Position numbers and translations under genes: made by a program. A DNA stretch of 5,921 bases from a virus (Duplodnaviria > Heunggongvirae > Uroviricota > Caudoviricetes), in IMG/VR virus record IMGVR_UViG_2651869750_000011, positions 1 through 5,921 of that record. The stretch is one strand, 5' to 3'. Below, in pieces: positions 1-5,383 of this stretch. The notes beneath the pieces were generated by a model. It saw only the letters and a list, made by a program, of their open reading frames with translations. It did not search any database and was not told where the DNA came from. Numbering within the stretch: the first letter of the stretch is position 1; each line of letters starts with the position of its first letter.

Positions 1-1158
1 GGCCCACTGGCAAAACTGCGTCTTGGTTTTTCCCTCCTGACCGGATCATTGAATGTTGTCAGGGTTCTGCCTGCATTATGGGGAATGGTGACGGGTTCCA
101 TTTCGTTACTGGGAGGCGCTATCGGGGCGCTGTTCAGTCCGGTCGGATTGATTGCTGCTGCGTTTGTGGCTGCGGCGGTTCTCATCTGGAAATACTGGGA
201 ACCCATCAAGGCGTTTTATGCAGGGGTGTTCAGTGGGATTATGGAGCGACTGGCCCCGTTGCGCGAAACCTTTGAACGGTTTGGCCCTGTTTTTGACGCA
301 ATCGGAAGCGGGATCAGCCAGGTGTTTAACTGGTTTAAATCGCTGCTGTCACCGATGGAGTCCAGCAAGGAAACGCTGGATAAATGTACCAGTGCTGGCG
401 AGATATTCGGTAACGTTCTTGGCGGTGCGTTACAGCTTGTTCTGACACCTGCAAAAATGCTACTGGATACGCTGGCGTGGATACTTGAAAAACTCGGTGT
501 GCTTCCGGATGAAGCGGAAAGGGCGCGCAAGAAAATCGAAGACGCACAGCGTGCGGCCATTCTTCAGGACAAGGTTGCCTTGCTTCAGGGGGACCTGGCG
601 AAAATCAATCTGCCGAAGCCTGTGGAAAATGGCAATGGCACCGGAGGTGATAAACCCAAAGACAACAAACCGCTCACAGACAGCAATACCGGTACGCTAC
701 GCAGACTCAGCAAAATTGCTGATAACACAGGTAAGCTGGTTGATGAGACGAAAAAACGCATTGGCCCCGGCGATATTGTCTTTAAGAACCTGCCCCGCGC
801 ACTTGCTGTTCGTGGGGAGTGGCAGGAGCGGAAGATTGCGCAGGTCAGTAAGCCTGCTTCCGCAATCAACATCACACCCGTGGTCCCGACTCCTCTGCCT
901 CCGGCGCTGGTCCCTGTTGTTGCGGCCAGCTCCCGCCCGGTGGCGGAGGCCATACGATCGCCAGTGGCATCAGTTCCTGCAACTTCCCGTAACCGGGAGC
1001 CTGTTGTCTCCGGATTTGGCGGTGAAATTCATGTTCATCTGCATAACGTTGTTACGCAGAATCCCCGCGAACTGGCGAAACTGGTCGGTGAAATGGTCAG
1101 GGCAGAATTGGAACGACGCGACCGTGCCGGACGTGGCAGTTTTTACGATAAAGATTGA
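1..1158 (+). CDS. Tail tape measure protein, C-terminal portion (P2 gpT-like); 5' end lies upstream of the window
   Basis: The frame-1 ORF is open from base 1 with no in-frame stop before the listed start at 49, so the gene is 5'-truncated by the window. The product has hydrophobic helices near its start, a Pro/Ala/Val-rich stretch (TPVVPTPLPPALVPVVAASSRP) and a charged C-terminus (ELERRDRAGRGSFYDKD). It is followed immediately by a gpU-like gene, as in P2 (T then U). Family assignment is from recalled similarity, not a search. Confidence 0.72.
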   Translation, partial: GPLAKLRLGFSLLTGSLNVVRVLPALWGMVTGSISLLGGAIGALFSPVGLIAAAFVAAAVLIWKYWEPIKAFYAGVFSGIMERLAPLRETFERFGPVFDAIGSGISQVFNWFKSLLSPMESSKETLDKCTSAGEIFGNVLGGALQLVLTPAKMLLDTLAWILEKLGVLPDEAERARKKIEDAQRAAILQDKVALLQGDLAKINLPKPVENGNGTGGDKPKDNKPLTDSNTGTLRRLSKIADNTGKLVDETKKRIGPGDIVFKNLPRALAVRGEWQERKIAQVSKPASAINITPVVPTPLPPALVPVVAASSRPVAEAIRSPVASVPATSRNREPVVSGFGGEIHVHLHNVVTQNPRELAKLVGEMVRAELERRDRAGRGSFYDKD

Positions 1159-1170
1159 GGAGTCATGGCC

Positions 1171-1659
1171 ATGATGATGATCTACGGCATGTTTGTTTTT
1201 GAGCTGCGCACATTGCCGCATCAGCAGTTACAGCAAAATAAAAGCTGGCGGCATGTGAAAAATGAACGCGTTAACCGTTCAGCAAGCTGGCAGTATATCG
1301 GGGCAGGCGATGATCGCATCGTGCTTTCTGGTGTGCTTTATCCTGAAATCACAGGTGGCGAAGTGTCGCTGTCGCTGCTGACCACGCAGGCGTATACAGG
1401 ACGCCCCTGGCCTCTGATTGATGGCGTCGGACAGATTTACGGCATGTATGTACTGACTGAAACGAATACGACCCGCTCCGAGTTTGATCGCTACGGTAAG
1501 GCGAAAAAGATAGAATTTTCACTGACTCTTGAACGCTGTGATGAGGATTTGCGGGAGCGCCTGCAATCCTCATCGTTCAGTGATATGCTGTCCGGCTTCA
1601 AAGATAAGGTCACATCATCCCTTAACAGCGCGGCCAGCTCCGTTAAAGGGCTGTTTTGA
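1171..1659 (+). CDS. Phage tail protein U (P2 gpU-like)
   Basis: The product (MMMIYGMFVFELRTLPHQQLQQNKSWRHVKNERVNRSASWQYIGAGDD...) matches the remembered P2 gpU N-terminus and length (about 160 aa). GAGGAG at 1157-1162 sits 8 nt before the ATG at 1171; an ATG at 1165 is an alternative start but is too close to the RBS. The tape measure stop (TGA 1156-1158) is 12 nt upstream. Confidence 0.85.
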   Translation: MMMIYGMFVFELRTLPHQQLQQNKSWRHVKNERVNRSASWQYIGAGDDRIVLSGVLYPEITGGEVSLSLLTTQAYTGRPWPLIDGVGQIYGMYVLTETNTTRSEFDRYGKAKKIEFSLTLERCDEDLRERLQSSSFSDMLSGFKDKVTSSLNSAASSVKGLF

Positions 1660-1666
1660 TTAACGC

Positions 1667-1696
1667 AAAACCGCTAATGGTCAGATTAGCGGTTTT
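1667..1696. terminator. Bidirectional intrinsic terminator hairpin between the convergent gpU and invertase genes
   Basis: Perfect inverted repeat AAAACCGCTAAT (1667-1678) / ATTAGCGGTTTT (1685-1696) with a 6-nt loop GGTCAG. It is followed by a T-rich run on the + strand (TTTTCATTTTCC) and, read on the minus strand, by TTTTGCGTTAATC. It lies 8 nt after the gpU stop and overlaps the invertase stop codon (1686-1688). Confidence 0.6.
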
Positions 1697-2285
1697 CATT
1701 TTCCTGAGTCTGCCTGGTTGTTTCTTCAGCCTGTATATCGCCTACAGGGTGATAACGATAAATCGTCGATATGCCGATGTCGTAAATGATCGCCAGTTGT
1801 TTCCTGTCATGACCGTTTTTAATCAGCCTCGCTATTTGCTCGTGTTGTTCTTTTGTCAACTTCGGGCGACGTCCGCCAATGCGTCCTTGTGCGCGTGCTG
1901 CTGCCAGCCCGGCCAGTGTACGCTCTACAATTAATTCACGTTCCATTTCGGCTAAAGCTCCCATGACGTGAAAAAAGAAACGCCCCATGGGTGTTGATGT
2001 GTCAATGCTGTCCGTTAGACTACGGAAATTAACACCTTTTTCCCGCAATTCCTCAATAAGCGTGATCAGGTGTTTCATACTTCTGCCCAGTCTGTCCAGC
2101 TTCCAGACAACCAGCGTATCTCCTTCTGATAGCGTTCTGAGCAGTTTTTTCAATCCCGGTCTGGCTGATTTCGTTCCGCTGATTTTATCTTCAAAAATCA
2201 GTTCACATCCTGCGCACTCCAGCGCGTTACGCTGCAATTCTGTATTCTGGTCATTTGTTGATACGCGGACATAGCCAATAAGCAT
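1686..2285 (-). CDS. pin: Serine site-specific DNA invertase (Hin/Gin/Pin/Cin family resolvase-invertase)
   Basis: The 199-aa product begins MLIGYVRVSTNDQNT (catalytic Ser in the YVRVST motif) and carries VVWKLDRLGRSMKHL, GRFFFHVMGALAEMERELIVERT and GRIGGRRPKL plus a C-terminal helix-turn-helix region. These are the hallmarks of the Gin/Pin/Hin/Cin invertases. An AGGGGA Shine-Dalgarno lies 6 nt before the ATG (minus strand). The symbol is a family-level guess; closest remembered match is E. coli e14 Pin. Confidence 0.9.
   Translation of the reverse strand: MLIGYVRVSTNDQNTELQRNALECAGCELIFEDKISGTKSARPGLKKLLRTLSEGDTLVVWKLDRLGRSMKHLITLIEELREKGVNFRSLTDSIDTSTPMGRFFFHVMGALAEMERELIVERTLAGLAAARAQGRIGGRRPKLTKEQHEQIARLIKNGHDRKQLAIIYDIGISTIYRYHPVGDIQAEETTRQTQENENR
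2179..2201. promoter_or_regulatory. Palindrome inside the invertase 5' coding region; candidate recombinational enhancer (Fis-binding) element
   Basis: CTGATTTT-ATCTTCA-AAAATCAG is a perfect 8-bp inverted repeat with a 7-bp spacer. It lies 84-106 bp inside the invertase ORF and about 160 bp from the nearer crossover site. In Hin and Gin systems the Fis-dependent enhancer sits in the 5' part of the invertase gene. Positional inference only. Confidence 0.25.
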
Positions 2286-2340
2286 GATGGATCCCCTGAA
2301 TAAAAACCGGGGATGATGCCAGTTAGCCGTAATCTCTGCA

Positions 2341-2366
2341 TTTTCTTAAACGTTGGTTTGGGAGAA
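2341..2366. repeat. Crossover site (gix/hix/pix-like), invertase-proximal end of the invertible segment
   Basis: TTTTCTTAAACG-TT-GGTTTGGGAGAA is an imperfect 12-2-12 dyad resembling the Hin-family half-site consensus TTATCAAAAACC. Its reverse complement matches the site at 4238-4263 in 13 of the 14 positions covering the inner half plus central dinucleotide. It lies 56 bp upstream of the invertase start. Confidence 0.7.
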
Positions 2367-2885
2367 GGTGCTCCAGCTATTGGCGTTCCGTTCTTCTGGC
2401 CGTCCGCAGCAATGCCAGATACCGTAATCGATAGCTGGTCCAGCATGGTGTTTTTGAAGTTCAACGGCGCGAAATTCTCTGCCACTGATTACCCTGTGCT
2501 GGCGAAAGTGTTTCCGGCGCTGGCATTACCTGACGCACGCGGTGATTTCATTCGTATCTGGGATGACGGACGCGGGATTGATGTCGGACGTACCCTACTT
2601 TCAGGGCAATCACACACAATTATGGATCATGCACACAATATGGAATTGTGGACGGGGGACGGGCTTGTCGCAGGAAGTACACGGGAAGGAGTAAACCCAG
2701 GAATACTGGCTACATATGGTGACGGGGGAATAGTTAAAACGGACGAACCCGGTCTTAGGGTGCCTTCCTCACTACGAGCTATTAGCTCTCGTAGCGTTAA
2801 ACGTTATGGTGAAATTAGTGGAAATGTAGGTACAGAAACCCGCCCACGAAATATTGCATTTAACTTTCTAGTGAGGGCTAAATAA
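2355..2885 (+). CDS. Alternative tail-fibre C-terminal variable domain cassette (silent orientation; no start of its own; Mu S/P1 S-type receptor-binding domain)
   Basis: The frame is open from the crossover site, reading GLGEGAPAIGVPFFWPSAAMPDTVID...NGAKFSATDYPVLAKVFPALALPDARGDFIRIWDDGRGID...DHAHN. This carries the GxPxxWP / aFSaxeYPxLA / LPDxRGxFIRgWDdGRGiD motifs remembered from Mu S and P1 S C-termini. Its stop TAA (2883-2885) overlaps the next ATG (TAATG). The 14 codons upstream of the site in the listed ORF (from 2313) are probably not a real start. Confidence 0.75.
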   Translation, partial: GLGEGAPAIGVPFFWPSAAMPDTVIDSWSSMVFLKFNGAKFSATDYPVLAKVFPALALPDARGDFIRIWDDGRGIDVGRTLLSGQSHTIMDHAHNMELWTGDGLVAGSTREGVNPGILATYGDGGIVKTDEPGLRVPSSLRAISSRSVKRYGEISGNVGTETRPRNIAFNFLVRAK

Positions 2886-3478
2886 TGAAACCTGTTTTTG
2901 ATGAAAATGGGCTGGCTACAGTACCGGGTAATATGCGTTGTTTTTATTATGAGGCAGTTACGTATGAATATACTGGCTGGTCTGATGAATATATTAATAC
3001 TGGCGTAAGTATGCCCGCTTGTTCCACTGGTATTGACCCGGGCGAATACATTCCGGGAAGAGTGGCAGTATTTACGGGTAAGGGATGGAGCCATGAAGAA
3101 GACCACCGCAATGAGACTGTTTACTCAATCGAAAATGGCGCAGCTGTTACAGTGGATTATATCGGTGCCATCAAAGACGGTTATGTCACGCTTTCACCGT
3201 TAACGCCATACGATAAATGGGATGGTGAGAAATGGGTGACGGATACCGAGGCACAGCATAGCGCCGCACTAGACGCGGCAGAAGTAAAGCGCCAGTCGCT
3301 GATTGATGCTGCAATGGCTTCCATCAGTCTGATTCAACTGAAATTACAGGCCGTGCGGAAGCTGACGCAGCCAGAAAACACCCGACTTAACGCTGTGCTG
3401 GATTATATTGACGCGGTGACGGCAACAGATACCAGCACCGCACCGGATGTCATCTGGCCTGAACTGCCGGAGGCGTAG
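2885..3478 (+). CDS. Tail fibre assembly protein (Tfa / Mu U-like chaperone), silent-orientation cassette
   Basis: 197 aa, translationally coupled to the upstream fibre cassette (TAATG overlap; GAGGG RBS at 2873-2877). The C-terminus (LDYIDAVTATDTSTAPDVIWPELPEA) is the conserved tail-fibre-assembly C-terminal motif. It converges on, and overlaps by 29 bp, the 3' end of the opposite-strand chaperone gene. Confidence 0.8.
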   Translation: MKPVFDENGLATVPGNMRCFYYEAVTYEYTGWSDEYINTGVSMPACSTGIDPGEYIPGRVAVFTGKGWSHEEDHRNETVYSIENGAAVTVDYIGAIKDGYVTLSPLTPYDKWDGEKWVTDTEAQHSAALDAAEVKRQSLIDAAMASISLIQLKLQAVRKLTQPENTRLNAVLDYIDAVTATDTSTAPDVIWPELPEA

Positions 3479-3890
3479 GCCATTCAATATCTGGCGCACC
3501 GGAAGTATCGACCAGTTCCAGTGCGTCCAGATAATCCAGCCACAAATTATATTGCACCAGTTCCTCACCTTTCAGGCGACCAATCGCCGCTTTACCAGGC
3601 CATTGCTTACTGTTTATGTATTCGTTGACCTGATTAATCAATTGCTGCTTTTTCAGTTCGGCTGCGGCAATTTGTTCCTCATGAGTTGGCGGTGGAATAT
3701 CAATCCATGCAGGCATTCCGTCGATGACACCTCTGTATTTTCCTTCTGGTGCTTCCTTCATAAATTCGGCAGCAACAGTGTCGTCAATTTCGATTCCATC
3801 ATCGGGCCATTCGCCGGATTCCTGATAAGCGATTTTAAGCTCCACAGGGAAAAACGCATTTTTATCGGCACTGAAAATATATTTCTGCAT
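3450..3890 (-). CDS. Tail fibre assembly protein (Tfa / P2 gpG / Mu U-like chaperone), currently expressed cassette
   Basis: 146 aa, starting 2 nt after the fibre gene stop, with an AGGA RBS 8 nt upstream. The C-terminus (LWLDYLDALELVDTSGAPDIEWPTPP) is the conserved chaperone motif. Confidence 0.85.
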   Translation of the reverse strand: MQKYIFSADKNAFFPVELKIAYQESGEWPDDGIEIDDTVAAEFMKEAPEGKYRGVIDGMPAWIDIPPPTHEEQIAAAELKKQQLINQVNEYINSKQWPGKAAIGRLKGEELVQYNLWLDYLDALELVDTSGAPDIEWPTPPAVQAR

Positions 3891-3892
3891 TT

Positions 3893-5383
3893 CTACCGTC
3901 CTATCGAAATATAACTGAATCTGTATTGCTGTGAGATATCACTGGTTGCCACACGCCACGCTGAATTACTGATATGTTCAAAATTTACAGACAAAACCTG
4001 CGGGGCAGGAATCGACGGGTCTGACTGAACGGCATCAGACATAACACTGACTGAAACCATCGGCTGATTAGGGAATGGTATAGGGAAGTGTCCACTGATA
4101 AAGCGGGTCGTGTTTCCTGCAAAAGTGCCAAACTGAACAATATATCCACCTGGTAGCCTGAACCATCCCGAACCAGAAGCGAATGCTCCCATATCCGGTA
4201 TCTGATTATCTCCTGTGCCCACATTCCGTTTTGCCGCTTCTCCTAAACCAAGGTAATCAAGAACTCCCTGAGTGCTGGTTTTACCAAGAATGGCACGTCC
4301 AACACTTGTCAACGCGGTTAACGCGGCACGATCTGCCCCTGTAAAATATGGGAGTTTATCTGCTGATGTAGCAAGCTCCGCCAGCGCCGTCAGGGTGGCA
4401 TCCTTCGGTTGCTTACCCGCAAGCGCGTTAGTCATGGTGGTCGCAAAATTCGGGTCATTGCCCAGCGCCGCAGCCAGTTCGTTCAGCGTGTTCAGTGCAT
4501 CAGGTGACGAATCTACAAGTGCGGCAATCGCAGCCATAACGAAAGCCGTGCTTGCGATCTGGGTACTATTAGTCCCCTGTGGCGCTGTTGGTGTTGTTGG
4601 CGTTCCGGTCAGTGCCGGGCTGTTTAATGGTGCTTTCTTGTTCGTTTCATCCATTACCGCCTTAACAGCTTTTGGTGTCGCTGCCAGCGTTTCAGACGTG
4701 CTGTTCGTGGCGCTACTGAGCTGAACAATCCCTTTTTGTGTAGTGGTGGCGTTCTGGGCGGTATATTTCCCGTTAGCCAGGTCATATGCAGCCTTAACCG
4801 CTTTCGGTGTTGCGGCCAGTGTTTCTGATTCACTGTTAATTGCACTGCTTAACTGAGTAAAACCTTTTACGGTCAGCGAGGCGTCCGGGTGACGTCGTGA
4901 CTGTTCGTGCTCTGATATTTTATCATCCACATATTTGCGGGTTGCCAGAACCACAGACGGGTCGATTTTCAGCGTGATAGCTTCGGTGTTCGTGACAACC
5001 AGAATCATGCGGATAGTCTGGGTGCGTCCACTGCCTTCCTGCAACTGCGGTTTGTACGTTTCCGGGCAGTTTGCCACCGCAATGAGTACACCTTCATCAT
5101 CATAAAGACCAATCTCACGGATCCAGAATCCTCCCTCGTTTTCAGGGATGATTTGCTCCGCAATAATCTGGCTCTGATTGTTAGGGTCAACACTCAGAAG
5201 ATTCAGCGGTGCAATGCGTTTCTGGTTAATCAGTTTTGTTTGTGCAGGGTCTGGTGTTGGTAACACACCATTTGCATCACCAACGGCCATTTGCGTCAGA
5301 TTCAGCTTACTGCCGAGCATCGTCGCGTTAGCCAGTCGTGCCGCGCCCTGATTAGTCAGAATGGCGTAGTATTTCACTGTCAT
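3893..5383 (-). CDS. Tail fibre protein (P2 gpH-like constant N-terminal 378 aa fused to a 118-aa variable C-terminus encoded inside the invertible segment)
   Basis: 496 aa. The N-terminal region (AVGDANGVLP..., GGFWIREIGLYDDEGVLIAVAN, YVDDKISEHEQSRRHPDASLTVKGFTQLSSA..SETLAATPKAVKA repeats) matches what I recall of P2 gpH. The ORF crosses the crossover site at 4238-4263 at the sequence ...VLDYL/GLGE.... Its start overlaps the gpI-like stop (ATGA at 5380-5383). Confidence 0.9.
   Translation of the reverse strand: MTVKYYAILTNQGAARLANATMLGSKLNLTQMAVGDANGVLPTPDPAQTKLINQKRIAPLNLLSVDPNNQSQIIAEQIIPENEGGFWIREIGLYDDEGVLIAVANCPETYKPQLQEGSGRTQTIRMILVVTNTEAITLKIDPSVVLATRKYVDDKISEHEQSRRHPDASLTVKGFTQLSSAINSESETLAATPKAVKAAYDLANGKYTAQNATTTQKGIVQLSSATNSTSETLAATPKAVKAVMDETNKKAPLNSPALTGTPTTPTAPQGTNSTQIASTAFVMAAIAALVDSSPDALNTLNELAAALGNDPNFATTMTNALAGKQPKDATLTALAELATSADKLPYFTGADRAALTALTSVGRAILGKTSTQGVLDYLGLGEAAKRNVGTGDNQIPDMGAFASGSGWFRLPGGYIVQFGTFAGNTTRFISGHFPIPFPNQPMVSVSVMSDAVQSDPSIPAPQVLSVNFEHISNSAWRVATSDISQQYRFSYISIGR
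4238..4263. repeat. Crossover site (gix/hix/pix-like) inside the tail fibre gene; distal end of the invertible segment
   Basis: TTCTCCTAAACC-AA-GGTAATCAAGAA on the + strand. The outer half read on the minus strand is TTCTTGATTACC, matching the remembered hix half-site TTCTTGAAAACC at 10 of 12 positions. The inner half matches the inner half of the 2341-2366 site at 11 of 12 positions. The site is embedded in the codons for VLDYLGLGE. Confidence 0.7.
4659..4858. repeat. Two copies of an approximately 68-bp direct repeat, 132 bp apart, inside the tail fibre gene
   Basis: GCCTTAACAGCTTTTGGTGTCGCTGCCAGCGTTTCAGA... (from 4659) and GCCTTAACCGCTTTCGGTGTTGCGGCCAGTGTTTCTGA... (from 4791) encode the repeated peptide QLSSA(I/T)NS(E/T)SETLAATPKAVKA. 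The spacing is in frame (44 codons). Confidence 0.6.

Larger units (their letters stand above)
2354..4250. mobile_element. Invertible DNA segment (Mu G / P1 C / e14 P-like), about 1.9 kb, carrying two alternative fibre C-terminus plus chaperone cassettes
   Basis: The segment is bounded by inverted crossover sites with central dinucleotides TT (2353-2354) and AA (4250-4251). An invertase gene lies directly outside one end. Inside are two convergent cassettes whose reading frames both continue in frame from the constant fibre gene across the crossover point (GLGE codons on both sides). Confidence 0.75.

Noticed and set aside
248-270. GAAACCTTTGAACGGTTTGG, which looks like an additional invertase site (AAACC ... 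GGTTT)
   Set aside because: The half-sites are not arranged as a 12-2-12 dyad and lack the TTnTC outer bases. It lies inside the tape measure coding sequence. No other full crossover-like site was found besides the pair at 2341-2366 and 4238-4263.
78-1174. Several overlapping ORFs (65-229 aa) in alternative frames and on the minus strand within the tape measure gene
   Set aside because: Arg/Cys/Ser-rich translations characteristic of off-frame reading of a GC-rich gene. The frame-1 ORF is continuous and carries the expected features.
2291-2314. Short hairpin ATCCCC-N12-GGGGAT between the invertase start and the crossover site
   Set aside because: Only a 6-bp stem with a 12-nt loop. It overlaps the invertase RBS region and is more likely incidental than a terminator or attenuator.
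2313-2354. ATG-ATG start and first 14 codons (MMPVSRNLCIFLNV) of the listed 190-aa ORF upstream of the crossover site
   Set aside because: These codons lie outside the invertible segment, directly next to the divergent invertase start, with no convincing RBS. The cassette makes sense only as a start-less C-terminal module fused to the constant fibre N-terminus after inversion. A free-standing truncated fibre tip is not excluded but is unsupported.
1656-2485. ORFs at 1656-1934 (+), 1987-2274 (+) and 2198-2485 (-)
   Set aside because: All overlap the invertase gene or the crossover site on the wrong strand or frame. The invertase assignment is unambiguous.
2804-3106. 100-aa ORF on the minus strand
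   Set aside because: Antisense to the alternative fibre cassette and chaperone, with no RBS or motifs. Regarded as a spurious frame.
3447-3914. 155-aa ORF on the + strand
   Set aside because: It lies entirely antisense to the well-supported chaperone gene (3450-3890), has no recognisable motifs and a low-complexity, stop-avoiding composition typical of antisense frames.
3985-5193. Four short ORFs overlapping the fibre gene (3985-4224 -, 4272-4724 +, 4654-4845 -, 5005-5193 -)
   Set aside because: All lie in alternative frames or antisense to the P2 gpH-like fibre ORF and show no motifs or RBS. The 4272-4724 frame is Ala/Ser/Val-rich, as expected for the antisense of the fibre's Ala/Thr/Ser-rich shaft.
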